DNA of 64,000 bases from Patescibacteria group bacterium (GCA_023379025.1 JAMCTH010000005.1:20663-84662); one strand, 5' to 3'. Counted from the stretch's first letter, positions 27,948 through 38,052 are shown. A program made the numbers and translations. The notes: a model not told the origin generated them from the letters alone.

Positions 27948-28020
27948 TGGGCGCATCAGGACTTGAACCTGAGACCTTTTCAATGTCGATGAAACGCTCT
28001 ACCAGCTGAGCTATGCGCCC
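27948..28020 (-). tRNA. tRNA-Val(GAC)
   Basis: gggcgca/tgcgccc acceptor; anticodon arm tttca-tcGACat-tgaaa; T arm tcagg-ttcaagt-cctga. Confidence 0.93.
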
Positions 28021-28085
28021 CAAACTCTCATTGACTCAGCTAATTATATCACCTACACTTATTCTAGCGGTAGAGTTTCAGAACT

Positions 28086-28652
28086 ATGGAATTGGTAAAA
28101 CGCGCAATAGCCGCGGTTTTTGATTTTCTCCAGGGTATCGTCGTCGTCATGGCGGTCGTCGTCATGATCTATCTTTTTGTCATGTCTCCGCAGGAAATCA
28201 ACGGCCAGTCCATGGAACCGAATTTCCACAACAACGAATTCATCCTCACCAATAAGCTTTCCTATCGCCTGGGCGATCCGAAGCGCGGCGACGTCGTCAT
28301 CTTCAAATCACCGGAAAACAAGGATATCGATTTTATCAAACGGGTCATCGGATTGCCCGGCGAACAGGTGACGCTCAAAGACAACGGGATCTACATCAAC
28401 GGCCAACGGCTGGATGAACCGTATCTTGCTCCGGATGTATATATTTTCGGGGAAAGTTATCTTCACGAAGGGCAGACGATTATCGTGCCGCAGGGAGACT
28501 ATTTTGTTCTCGGCGACAACCGTCCGCATAGCTCCGACTCACGGGAATTCGGCCCGATCGCGAAAACGGATTTCATCGGGAAGGCCGTCCTCCGGTACTG
28601 GCCGCTTCCGCTTCTCGGGGTGATACGGCGCCCGACCTACAATATCCCCTGA
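28086..28652 (+). CDS. lepB: signal peptidase I
   Basis: GQSMEPN, FIKRVIGLPG, GDNRPHSSDSR. Confidence 0.95.
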   Translation: MELVKRAIAAVFDFLQGIVVVMAVVVMIYLFVMSPQEINGQSMEPNFHNNEFILTNKLSYRLGDPKRGDVVIFKSPENKDIDFIKRVIGLPGEQVTLKDNGIYINGQRLDEPYLAPDVYIFGESYLHEGQTIIVPQGDYFVLGDNRPHSSDSREFGPIAKTDFIGKAVLRYWPLPLLGVIRRPTYNIP

Positions 28653-28664
28653 TTCGGCTCAATT

Positions 28665-29477
28665 CTATTTTTTGCTGAGGCGCTCGTGGATGAGCTTGAG
28701 GGTCTGACTCGTCGATTCCAGGTTTCCGCGGATGACGAAGATGAGTCTCGCCTCAACTTTGGACTGCGTGATCTTCACGAGGCCGCCGATTGCCTGTGCG
28801 ATATCTTTAGAGATGTTGTCAAGCTCGTCACTGTGAATGCGCTCGACCTTATGGACCGGCGCTTTATCGTTTGCCGCTTTGAGCCTCCGCGCCAAATCCT
28901 CGGCCCGGCGCACCGATGCGTTTTCGGCCAAAATCGTCTTATATGCCTCAACCATGAGTTTCACTTCCCCGAGCCCCGCGATAGCCCGCGCATGCCCTTC
29001 GCTGATGGCTTCCGAAATAAGCCCGTCCTTGATCGCATCCGGAAGCGCGAGGAGTCGCATGGAATTGGATACATACGATTCGCTTTTGGAAACACGTTTG
29101 GCAATCTCGGAAACCGGCAGCCCGAAATCCTCGACAAGCCGCTGGAATGCCTGTGCGCGGTCTATGGGGTTTAGGTCCTCCCTCTGGACGTTTTCGACGA
29201 TGGCCATTTCAAGCATCCCGCGGGCGGTCGTCTCCCGGACGAGTACCGGTACGGTCGCAAGCCCCGCGAGCTTCGAAGCGCGCCACCGGCGCTCTCCTGC
29301 AATCAGTTGATACCCGGCCGGCGTTTTGGCTACCACGAGCGGTTCAAGCACGCCGTGTTCACGGATCGAGTTAACGAGTTCGCTGAGGGATTCCTGAGAT
29401 ATGAGTCCGCGCGGCTGCAGGGGATTGCTCTCGATGAGATTGATATCAAGCTGCAGGATTTGCTGTGTATCGGCCAT
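28665..29477 (-). CDS. parB: ParB/Spo0J partition protein
   Basis: NPLQPR, LIAGERRWRA, ENVQREDLN, HTH, SEGHAR. Start moved to MADT. Confidence 0.93.
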   Translation of the reverse strand: MADTQQILQLDINLIESNPLQPRGLISQESLSELVNSIREHGVLEPLVVAKTPAGYQLIAGERRWRASKLAGLATVPVLVRETTARGMLEMAIVENVQREDLNPIDRAQAFQRLVEDFGLPVSEIAKRVSKSESYVSNSMRLLALPDAIKDGLISEAISEGHARAIAGLGEVKLMVEAYKTILAENASVRRAEDLARRLKAANDKAPVHKVERIHSDELDNISKDIAQAIGGLVKITQSKVEARLIFVIRGNLESTSQTLKLIHERLSKK

Positions 29478-29478
29478 A

Positions 29479-29736
29479 CTACCCATGGACCGGCAGGATG
29501 GAAACGAATTGCTGACCCCGTTTGACGGAAAAATGCACTTTCCCCTTTGCCGTCGCGTATATGGTGTGATCCTTGCCAAGGCCGACGCCGTCGCCCGGAT
29601 GGATTTTGGTGCCCCGCTGCCTGACGATGATGCCGCCGGGCGCGGCGTACTGCCCGCCATATACTTTGACGCCGAGCCGCTTGGATACGGAATCTTTATT
29701 GCCTTTCGCTACTCCGCCCGCTTTGATATGTGCCAT
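29479..29736 (-). CDS. rpmA: 50S ribosomal protein L27
   Basis: [30 protein letters not shown]. Confidence 0.97.
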   Translation of the reverse strand: MAHIKAGGVAKGNKDSVSKRLGVKVYGGQYAAPGGIIVRQRGTKIHPGDGVGLGKDHTIYATAKGKVHFSVKRGQQFVSILPVHG

Positions 29737-29751
29737 AGTGAGATACGTTTC

Positions 29752-30906
29752 CTAGTGTCTTCGTACTATATAGAACTTACGCCGGACCACCGCCTGGGGC
29801 CGACTATATTCTATAGGACCGGTTACCACAGTATAACCAAGCATTTCACACTTGTCAATTACTTTTTTCACGGAAATCGTATGTGCTCCCAGCACATATT
29901 CCGGCAGTGCGATGAGTACGGTGCCGCCGGATTTGACCACAGTCTGCCAGTCGCGGAGGCAGCCGATATATAATTTTTCAAGGCCTTTTACGATATTTTT
30001 TATCCGTCCGGCGTCGTTCTCCACAGGCGCCCCCGTACGTCCGCCGAAAGAAGTCGGACCCATGTACGGTTCCGTCACGACGGCGTCGATACTTCGGGGG
30101 GGGATCCGTTCGGAAATATGCGTCGCATCGATACGGAAAAGGTGCCAGGGGCGCCTGACCGCCCCCGTCCTGCCGGCAATGTAGGCAAGGTTCTGTTCCG
30201 AAGCAGAGACCGCCTGATCCGACGTGTCACCTCCCCAGACATCCGCTCCGAGACTGTAGGCTTCAGTAAGTATCGTGCCCATTCCGCAAAAGGGGTCAAG
30301 CAGTGTTTTCCCTTGCGGGTTGGGGCCGAGCGCGATGTTGACGATCATCCGCGCGACTTTCGGCGGCAGCATACCGCTTTTGGGATCGGCAGACGGTCTG
30401 CCGTAATCCCGTGCACTCCATGCTTCAAACGGCTGGACTTCCAGAGTCCTGCCAAAAACCACCCCGGCATCAGAGGGGATAAGTAAAAAATCCAGCGCGT
30501 GCTGTTTGGCAATAGCTACACTCGAGAGAACGGACCCGTCATGCGGGAGAAGATACCGCACGTGCCGCCCTTCCCCGGCGAGTATCTCTTTGCATTTCCG
30601 GACCAGGTCCCGGGGATAGTGCGCATCATCGCCGTACCAACTGAGGCCAAAGGCATCATATCCTGCACTACCTGAGACAACAGACGAAAGTGTTTCCGGA
30701 TCCGGTAATTTTCCCTCATCCAACAATTCACCTATCTTTACCGTCCCTCCGAGACGCGCGATCCATTGCCGTGCTTTTTCCGGGGAACTTTCCCCCGGAA
30801 GGTATGCTACGCGTTCGTGGATCCGCTTGGATGCCGGGGAAAGAGCACATAATTCGAAGAAAGAAAGATCAGGGGTTCTCCCGAAAACAAACAGCAGGCC
30901 TTTCAT
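29752..30906 (-). CDS. Trm11/TrmG10-like SAM-dependent RNA methyltransferase (putative)
   Basis: RD..RP, GMLPPK.AR, LLDPFCGMGT, VVTEPYMG. Confidence 0.75.
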   Translation of the reverse strand: MKGLLFVFGRTPDLSFFELCALSPASKRIHERVAYLPGESSPEKARQWIARLGGTVKIGELLDEGKLPDPETLSSVVSGSAGYDAFGLSWYGDDAHYPRDLVRKCKEILAGEGRHVRYLLPHDGSVLSSVAIAKQHALDFLLIPSDAGVVFGRTLEVQPFEAWSARDYGRPSADPKSGMLPPKVARMIVNIALGPNPQGKTLLDPFCGMGTILTEAYSLGADVWGGDTSDQAVSASEQNLAYIAGRTGAVRRPWHLFRIDATHISERIPPRSIDAVVTEPYMGPTSFGGRTGAPVENDAGRIKNIVKGLEKLYIGCLRDWQTVVKSGGTVLIALPEYVLGAHTISVKKVIDKCEMLGYTVVTGPIEYSRPQAVVRRKFYIVRRH

Positions 30907-31214
30907 GCACCTTCTATGGAGACGATTTCCAGTTTAGTGAGCATCGGGCGGAATCCGATGGATGACCGTTCCCGCACTTTCGATTTAAACCGCCGGACGT
31001 GAATTTTCTCTCCCTTGTATTGGGAGACGATTTTGGCAGTTACCGTGGCCCCCTTCACGTTCGGCGTGCCGACCTTTATTTTGCCGTCGCCCGTCAGAAG
31101 CACCTCCTCGATCTTTATCGTATCTCCCGCGTTTCCTACGACACGGTCGACCTCTATGACCTCTCCGGGAGAGACTTTATATTGCTTGGAACCGACAGAA
31201 ATCACGGCAAACAT
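30903..31214 (-). CDS. rplU: 50S ribosomal protein L21
   Basis: MFAVI..G.KQYKV, VGTP.V.GA.V, KGEKI, G.R...T. Confidence 0.96.
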   Translation of the reverse strand: MFAVISVGSKQYKVSPGEVIEVDRVVGNAGDTIKIEEVLLTGDGKIKVGTPNVKGATVTAKIVSQYKGEKIHVRRFKSKVRERSSIGFRPMLTKLEIVSIEGA

Positions 31215-31235
31215 AGCGTGGTATTGTACCAAACA

Positions 31236-32321
31236 CTACCGGGCAATTGCAATGCCGGTTCCCCGCCGTTCACTCCGCCTGAGGGACCAGAGCATCCCGA
31301 AGGAGACCGCAATGGACAAAATAGAGCTCCCTCCGTAGGATACGAGCGGCAGCGTGATACCGGTAATCGGGATGATGCCCATGTTCATACCGGCGTTGAT
31401 AAAAATCTGCGTCAGAAGCATCATAAAGAGTCCTATGGAGTAGACAAAAGGCGTGAGATGGTCAACAACGCCCCGAAGAAGCGGTGAGATCGTCCGCCAG
31501 AGGAGTACCGCATACCCCAGGAGGAGGAGTATCCCTCCGAAAAAACCGAACTCTTCCACCAGTGAGGCGAAAATGAAATCCGTATGGTATTCGGGCAGAA
31601 ACCGGAGGTGGCTTTGCGTCCCGCGCCCCAACCCCCTGCCAAAGAGCTGCCCGCTTCCGACGGCAATCATCGCCTGAAGCGCGTTGTATCCCGCGCCTTT
31701 GGGATCAAGTCCGGGATCCAGGAACGTGAGGATCCGGGCGCGCTGATACGGGTGGAGAGCCTCCCACCCAACGGGAAGGAGGATGCTTCCGAGTACCGCG
31801 CTTGCGATACATACGCCGATCGGAAATCCGGCCGCAATCATCATGCCCATCCAGGAAGACGCAAACACGAGAGCGCTCCCGAGATCCGGCTGTTTAAAGA
31901 TAAGAATGAACGGAATGGCAAACAGGATGGTGTGCATCGCGGCGTGGGGGAGATTCCGCGGCGGATAGCGGGCAAATAGCCACGAAAAAGCCAGAAGTAT
32001 GAGCGGCTTGGCGAGCTCGGAAGGCTGGAGCTGAATACCTCCGATCATGATCCATCGCGTTGCCCCGCGGATCGTCGGTCCGAGATACGCTGCCAGAAGG
32101 AGGAGAAGCGACAAGACATACCCGTACGGCGCAAACCACAGGAGTATGACGGCATCAACCTGTGCCAGGACGATCATGAGGAAAAATCCCATGACCAGGT
32201 AGAGGGCCTGCTGGGTAAAAAGACCGTGACTCACCGACAGAAGGAGAAATAATCCGAATAACCCGAGGCAGGAGATGGTCAAGAGATCTATCCAGTCGAC
32301 AGCGCGAGCGAGTCTCCCCAT
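31236..32321 (-). CDS. rodA: SEDS protein RodA
   Basis: GATRWI, QPSELAK, QPDLG, LPEYHTDFIF, TGITLPLVSYGGSS. Confidence 0.92.
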   Translation of the reverse strand: MGRLARAVDWIDLLTISCLGLFGLFLLLSVSHGLFTQQALYLVMGFFLMIVLAQVDAVILLWFAPYGYVLSLLLLLAAYLGPTIRGATRWIMIGGIQLQPSELAKPLILLAFSWLFARYPPRNLPHAAMHTILFAIPFILIFKQPDLGSALVFASSWMGMMIAAGFPIGVCIASAVLGSILLPVGWEALHPYQRARILTFLDPGLDPKGAGYNALQAMIAVGSGQLFGRGLGRGTQSHLRFLPEYHTDFIFASLVEEFGFFGGILLLLGYAVLLWRTISPLLRGVVDHLTPFVYSIGLFMMLLTQIFINAGMNMGIIPITGITLPLVSYGGSSILSIAVSFGMLWSLRRSERRGTGIAIAR

Positions 32322-35278
32322 ATGATCGTGTCTGCAAGCGTTTCCCGCTTGAGTACTTCAAGATTTTTACTGCCGAGATCCTTATACGTTTCCGGTACCT
32401 CCAGACGAATGCGTTCATCTATTTTACACCCTTTGTCCTTACGCAGTTTCTGTATTTCGCGGACAAGATCCCGGGTTTTCCCGGCCTCAATATCCTGATT
32501 GCCGACATCCGTTTGGCCGCCGGCCGAATAAACTTCTGTCGCTTCATTGTTTGCTCCTTCATACTCCAATATATTCACGTTGGCTTCTGCCGACACGACA
32601 CGGAGTATTTCCGGGTGTACCTGACGCGGCCCCCGATACCCGAGCCGGAGAAACGGCACCCGCACTTTCACGTTGGCTTGTTTGCGGAAAGCCAAAAGTG
32701 CGGATGTCACCTGTCTTCCGTCAGACATGGCGTGTTCAAGCGCTGTATCGACGAGGCCGGTATCTGCCTCCGGCCAATCCGAAAGATGGACCGAGATCTT
32801 CCCGGTAAGGTTCCGGTATATTTCATCGGACACAAACGGCACAAACGGTGCAAGAAGCGCCGTCAGTGTCGTCAACACCTCATACAGGGTCGTATAACAG
32901 GCCGCTTTATCCTCTGCGTCGGATGCAGCCGGTCCCACACGGTCACGGCTCCGGCGGACGTACCACTGTGACAGATCCGTCACGAATGCTTCTACCGCGC
33001 CTGCTGCGGTTGCCGCGTCAAAGCGTTCAAGAGAGGCTGTGACGACAGCTATCAGCCCGTTGAGTTTACTCACTATCCACCGGTCCAGAACATTGGCTGA
33101 TGGCGTTTTCGTCCCCGGATGCCACCCGTCCACCAGCGCATACGTCACGAAAAAATTGTAGACGTTCCAGAGAAGGAGATGAAACTGCCGGCGGGTCTCG
33201 TCCGCATTGCGGTAGCCGAAGAGGATATTCTGATCGGGATTGTGTCTCGCGAACATCCAGCGCATGACGTCAACGCCTATTTTGTCCGCCCCTTCCCCGA
33301 ACTCGATTGCATTCCCCCAGGATTTATGCATGGGCCGGCCGTCCTCCCCGAGCATGCTCGCATAGCCGAGGACCGTCCGGAAGCACGTCCGTTTTTCAAG
33401 CACCGTCGACATGGCAATCATCGAGTAAAACCAGTTCTTGAACTGGCCCGGGAACGACTCGGTGATAAAATCCGCAGGATACCACGATTTCCAGTAGGTT
33501 TTATCGCCGGTATAGCTGAGCGTACCGGTCGCCGGATCGACAAGCGTCGAAAACCCGACGATACCCGCATCAAGCCACACGTTGCCGACATCGGGAAGCC
33601 GTGACACAGGCTTGCCGCACTGCCCGCAGGCAATTTTGACGTCATCGATGTATGGCTTATGGGGCGAGTGGCCGTCAAATGATTTCCAACCGGCTATGGC
33701 TTTTTCCCTGAGTTCCTCGCGGCTCCCGATAACGGTAAACCATCCGCAGGACGCGCACTCGTAGATCGGGAGCGCAAGCCCCCAATAGCGGTTGGGCTTA
33801 CTGATGAGCCAGTCATGCATATTCGTGAGCCAGTCCAGTTCCCGGTCAAGTCCGAATGCCGGTTTCCAGGTGATTTGCTTTGCCGTTTCGATCATCTGCT
33901 GGCGCAGGGTTTTCCCTTTTCCTTTTTGATCACTCCTTTTGGACTTCTCCGGCTGGTCCATACTGATATACCATTCATCCGTCACTTTCCAGACAAGCTC
34001 GGTTTTACATCGCCAGCACGCCGGATACCGATGAAGATAGTTCTCCACCTTATACATCGTCAGGTGATCGGCCGTACTCCGGGATAGCAGATAGTCAAGG
34101 ACGATCTCCGGGTGTTTTTTGGCGTTCTTGCCGGTCAGAAACCCGAGCCCGTCAAGATAGGTCGCTTCATCATCGATAACCGGTATCATGGGAAGCCCGT
34201 ACTTTTTTCCGAGCCGGAAATCCTCGGCTCCGGCGGAAACGGCGGTATGGACGAGTCCCGTGCCTTCTTCCGTGGAGACCGGCAGTATGAGCGGGTCGGT
34301 CATCACGACCTTATGGAACCGATCGGCGTGGGCTTTTGCTACGGCGGCAACAGCAGGAAGAGCATCAAAGGGAGCAGTATAGGTAAGTCCGTCAAGTTCT
34401 TTCCCCTTTACGGTTTTCTGAATTTTCGCGCCGGTTCCGAATACCGCGGGAACCCGCTCCCTGACGATCCAAAACGAATCGCCGTTCTCATCCGTCACAA
34501 GGGCGTAATCAAGCGATGCATCCGCCGCGACGGCTATGTTTGCCGGTATGGTCCAGGGTGTGGTCGTCCAGATCAACAGATACTCCCGGGAACGGCCGGT
34601 GATGGGAAGCGGCAGGTACACCGATTTGTGGCTCACCTCCTTATAGTCCTCCGTCAGCATCTCGTGCTGGGATATCGCCGTCTGACACCTCGGACACCAC
34701 GGCACGGAGTCTTTGCCTTTGTAGATCCAGCCCTTCTCATGACACACCTTCAGGAAGTACCAGATCATGTAGTTGTTTTCGTCCGACATCGTATAGTACG
34801 AGTGGTCCCAGTCGACAATATACCCGAGACGCTTACTTTGCTCCGACTGGATTGAACTGTACTTTTGCACACGCTCCTTGCATAAGTCCACGAATTTCGC
34901 AATTGAGGCTTTCGGGTCCCCGGGTACGAGGTTTTCGATGTCCCGTTTGTTTTTTATCCCCAACTCCTTCTCAACTTCTACTTCCACCCAGAGCCCCTGG
35001 CAGTCAAATCCGTTCTGAAACCGCTCCTTATACCCGCGGAGTGCAAAAAACCGCTGCCAGAGGTCCTTGTAGGTCCTGCCCCATGCATGGTGGACTCCCA
35101 TAGGATTATTGGCGGTGATGGGACCGTCCAGGAACGAAAACCGTTTATCTGACTGGTCATTTCGGTGAAGATATGCCGCCACGATGCCGTCCCTGTACCA
35201 ACGGGCCAGCGTGTCCTTCTCCATTTCCGGAAAGTTTATCTCTGTCCGGACCGGTTTGAACGTATGGGATATGGTCAT
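32288..35278 (-). CDS. ileS: isoleucyl-tRNA synthetase, type 2-like
   Basis: DGPITAN, GFDCQGL, WTTTPWT, GTGLVH, DW.IS, PMHKSWGN, WYVRRSRDR; HIGH motif reads GVHH; no C-terminal zinc finger. Confidence 0.96.
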   Translation of the reverse strand: MTISHTFKPVRTEINFPEMEKDTLARWYRDGIVAAYLHRNDQSDKRFSFLDGPITANNPMGVHHAWGRTYKDLWQRFFALRGYKERFQNGFDCQGLWVEVEVEKELGIKNKRDIENLVPGDPKASIAKFVDLCKERVQKYSSIQSEQSKRLGYIVDWDHSYYTMSDENNYMIWYFLKVCHEKGWIYKGKDSVPWCPRCQTAISQHEMLTEDYKEVSHKSVYLPLPITGRSREYLLIWTTTPWTIPANIAVAADASLDYALVTDENGDSFWIVRERVPAVFGTGAKIQKTVKGKELDGLTYTAPFDALPAVAAVAKAHADRFHKVVMTDPLILPVSTEEGTGLVHTAVSAGAEDFRLGKKYGLPMIPVIDDEATYLDGLGFLTGKNAKKHPEIVLDYLLSRSTADHLTMYKVENYLHRYPACWRCKTELVWKVTDEWYISMDQPEKSKRSDQKGKGKTLRQQMIETAKQITWKPAFGLDRELDWLTNMHDWLISKPNRYWGLALPIYECASCGWFTVIGSREELREKAIAGWKSFDGHSPHKPYIDDVKIACGQCGKPVSRLPDVGNVWLDAGIVGFSTLVDPATGTLSYTGDKTYWKSWYPADFITESFPGQFKNWFYSMIAMSTVLEKRTCFRTVLGYASMLGEDGRPMHKSWGNAIEFGEGADKIGVDVMRWMFARHNPDQNILFGYRNADETRRQFHLLLWNVYNFFVTYALVDGWHPGTKTPSANVLDRWIVSKLNGLIAVVTASLERFDAATAAGAVEAFVTDLSQWYVRRSRDRVGPAASDAEDKAACYTTLYEVLTTLTALLAPFVPFVSDEIYRNLTGKISVHLSDWPEADTGLVDTALEHAMSDGRQVTSALLAFRKQANVKVRVPFLRLGYRGPRQVHPEILRVVSAEANVNILEYEGANNEATEVYSAGGQTDVGNQDIEAGKTRDLVREIQKLRKDKGCKIDERIRLEVPETYKDLGSKNLEVLKRETLADTIIWGDSLALSTG

Positions 35279-35539
35279 AAAAAACCCGCTCTCCTTCCAT
35301 TATATAAGGCCGAGCGGCATGCCGGGGTACCACCTTATTTTGGAGCTTCGCGATTTCGAAACTCGTTTTTGCGAACTAACGAATAACGAACTAACGCATG
35401 TGCTCCCTTCATTCCAGCTGTTACGGGCATACCCGGGATGGTCTACTACGGCCGCAAAACCGGTTCTTCATCCGGCGCCGACTCGCGCAGTAGCGCATAG
35501 TCCGTCCCCCATGGATAGTGGAAGCACGCGCCGTTATCT
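35279..35539 (-). promoter_or_regulatory. T-box riboswitch (Ile) leader of ileS
   Basis: AATAAGGTGGTACCCCG with antiterminator pairing taagg/cctta and ccg/cgg; AGTA-containing Stem II; GCCCGTAAC; ATC in a short 5' hairpin loop; upstream TGGTATACT. Confidence 0.85.
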
Positions 35540-35639
35540 ATTGCCAGTATACCAAATAGCCGCCGGGAGAACAAATTGTGATATAGATCACATCCCATTT
35601 GTTGTGCGTACCGGAAAGACCTGAGATAATACGGCTGAT

Positions 35640-37451
35640 ATGAAACCGATTTTTCGTATCATCTCATTTACGCGGCGCTTTGCACTCTGGTATATCGGTA
35701 TGGGGCTTTTCGTCCTTTCGGTATCGGCGCTTTCGCTGGTCGGGCCGTTTCTGTCCAAAAGCATCGTCGACCTCATCGTCGCAAAACTTACGGGGCACCC
35801 GGGAAATATCTCCATGTTTTTGGTTTTTTTGGGTGGCATCATAGCCACGGATATCGCGATTACACTCTTTACCGCTCTCGGCCAATGGGCCGGAGATCTT
35901 TTGACCATCCGGCTTCAGACGTTTCTCTCCAAAGCGTTTTACGAGCACGTCCTTTCCCTCCATATCGGCTATTTCGACAATGAAATTACCGGACAGATCG
36001 TGAACAAAATGTACCGCGGCATTACCTCCATTACGGAGTTTATGCAGAATATGCTTAATAATTTCCTCCCCTTCTTTTTTACGGCCTTTATCACCATTGT
36101 GGTCCTCTCGTTCTATTCGCCGGTCATCAGTATCCTCCTTTTTATCCTCTTCCCGGCATATATCCTCATATCCCACGGATCAAGCAAAGCATGGATGGGC
36201 ATAGAAGACCGGAAAAACACGCTCGTTGACCAGAGCCAGGGACGGGTGTTTGAAAGTTTCGTCGGCATCCGCGTCGTCAAATCCTTTGCGGCAGAACTCG
36301 GAGAACTGGCCTCGTTCCTGAAAACCCGGCGTGAGGTTGAGGATCTCACGAAAACGCAGACACGGCAGTGGCACCTCTATGATTTCGGCAGGAGACTCGT
36401 CCTTAACATCATCCTGTTTGCGATTTTCAGCTATATCGTCTACTGGACCTATCACGGACGGTATACATTGGGAGATATGACGCTCCTTCTCCAGCTCGTC
36501 CAACAGGCGCGGTTCCCTTTGTTTGCCATGTCATTTATCCTTGGCCAGATACAGGAAGCAAGCGCCGGATCTGCCGATTATTTCCGGGTGCTGGAAACCT
36601 CGTCCCGTATTACCGACCGCCCGGGCTCCGGAAAACTGGTCATCCCGTCTCCGGCGCGGATACCGGAGTTTATTTCGTTTGACCGCGTGTCGTTTGCGTA
36701 CGACGCCGTCCGAAACGTCCTCAGCGATATATCCTTTACCGTCCGGCGGGGCGAGCGGTTTGCACTGGTCGGCGAAAGCGGACAGGGAAAATCCACACTC
36801 GTCAATCTCCTGCTTCGCTATTACGAACCGCAAAAAGGCACGATCCGTATTGCCGGACAGGATATCCTGACGGTCAGCCAGGAATCGCTCCATCGCGAGA
36901 TTGCCGTCGTCTTCCAGGAGTCGCTCCTTTTTTCCGGCACGATCATGGACAATATCCGCTATGGAAATCCTGCCGCATCGGATAGCGATGTCAGACGTGC
37001 GGCGCGCGCCGCCAATGCGGACGGCTTCATTACCGAACTTACCGACGGATATAAAAGCCTCATAGGGGAACGCGGGGTGCGGCTCAGCGGCGGGCAGAAA
37101 CAGCGCATCGCCATAGCCCGTGCGATCCTCAAAAACGCGCCGATCATCATTCTCGATGAAGCGACGAGCTCGCTCGACAGTAAGGCGGAACTCGAAGTGC
37201 AGAAGGGTCTTGCGGCACTTCTCAAAGGGCGGACAGCAATGATCATCGCACACAGACTCTCGACCATCGCCAATGCCGACCATATCCTGGTCCTCGAACA
37301 CGGGAAAGTGGCGCAGTACGGGAACCATCGGGAGCTTGTCCGGGACAAAAAGGGTCTCTACGCGCAGCTCGTTTCCCTCCAGCAAACCCTCATGGCCGCC
37401 CCGACGGAAGAACGCCAAAAACAGCTTGCGGCGTTTGATTTGGTGGGATAA
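35640..37451 (+). CDS. ABC transporter, fused permease/ATPase (MsbA/MdlB-like)
   Basis: Six TM, GESGQGKST, LSGGQKQR, ILDEATSSLD, IAHRLST. Confidence 0.95.
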   Translation: MKPIFRIISFTRRFALWYIGMGLFVLSVSALSLVGPFLSKSIVDLIVAKLTGHPGNISMFLVFLGGIIATDIAITLFTALGQWAGDLLTIRLQTFLSKAFYEHVLSLHIGYFDNEITGQIVNKMYRGITSITEFMQNMLNNFLPFFFTAFITIVVLSFYSPVISILLFILFPAYILISHGSSKAWMGIEDRKNTLVDQSQGRVFESFVGIRVVKSFAAELGELASFLKTRREVEDLTKTQTRQWHLYDFGRRLVLNIILFAIFSYIVYWTYHGRYTLGDMTLLLQLVQQARFPLFAMSFILGQIQEASAGSADYFRVLETSSRITDRPGSGKLVIPSPARIPEFISFDRVSFAYDAVRNVLSDISFTVRRGERFALVGESGQGKSTLVNLLLRYYEPQKGTIRIAGQDILTVSQESLHREIAVVFQESLLFSGTIMDNIRYGNPAASDSDVRRAARAANADGFITELTDGYKSLIGERGVRLSGGQKQRIAIARAILKNAPIIILDEATSSLDSKAELEVQKGLAALLKGRTAMIIAHRLSTIANADHILVLEHGKVAQYGNHRELVRDKKGLYAQLVSLQQTLMAAPTEERQKQLAAFDLVG

Positions 37452-37488
37452 TGAGGCAACTCTGCTTCAGTAAAAGCGCCCATTCATG

Positions 37489-37524
37489 ATTCAACCCGTC
37501 GGGTTGAATAGGTTTAAACCTATT
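37489..37524. repeat. double-palindrome repeat, copy A
   Basis: attcaacccg-t-cgggttgaat overlapping aataggtttaaacctatt. Confidence 0.9.
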
Positions 37525-37572
37525 GGACGCCAACCACTAGCGAGGTACTCAACACTCCTCAATAGCTGCCCT

Positions 37573-38052
37573 CTATGGCAATAAATCCCATGGACTCGGT
37601 TCCTCCGGCGCAAGCCGTATACGGTCCTGATGCTCGGGGGAAAAGACGCCTGGTATCATAACAAAGGGAAGATAGCCGATGGCATTGTCCTCTTGATCAT
37701 CGATAAACAGCCAGACCCCTATGACATACTCGTCTCCGAGCTCCTGAGCCTCACGGGCATGTTGTTTCTCGTGAACAATTCGTTCCGTATATCCCTCCGC
37801 CCCGAGAAAAACCAGAAATCGCTCCAATACGTCGAACGAGCCGAACGTATACATGTCCCGGTCAAAATGGACGCGGTCCTTCCATACTTCGCACAGAGCC
37901 GTAATGCGACCTGTTAGTTCGTCTGAGGTCATGAGCCCTTGCCGTTCTTTGTGCATCAAGTCCCGTTGAAGGACGAGAAAGTCGTACAGATCGCTATATC
38001 GGGTGGTCGGTCTGATAATATGCGTATCGATTTCTTCTTTAGCGTTCGGCAT
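37573..38052 (-). CDS. hypothetical protein
   Basis: 159 aa, ATG start, upstream TGTTATAGT. Confidence 0.7.
   Translation of the reverse strand: MPNAKEEIDTHIIRPTTRYSDLYDFLVLQRDLMHKERQGLMTSDELTGRITALCEVWKDRVHFDRDMYTFGSFDVLERFLVFLGAEGYTERIVHEKQHAREAQELGDEYVIGVWLFIDDQEDNAIGYLPFVMIPGVFSPEHQDRIRLAPEEPSPWDLLP

Noticed and set aside
33911-33950. IleRS EKSKRSDQKGKGK and MurT SPGDGKRGRQ segments as repeat insertions
   Set aside because: Purine-rich and suggestive, but too degenerate to support without alignments.
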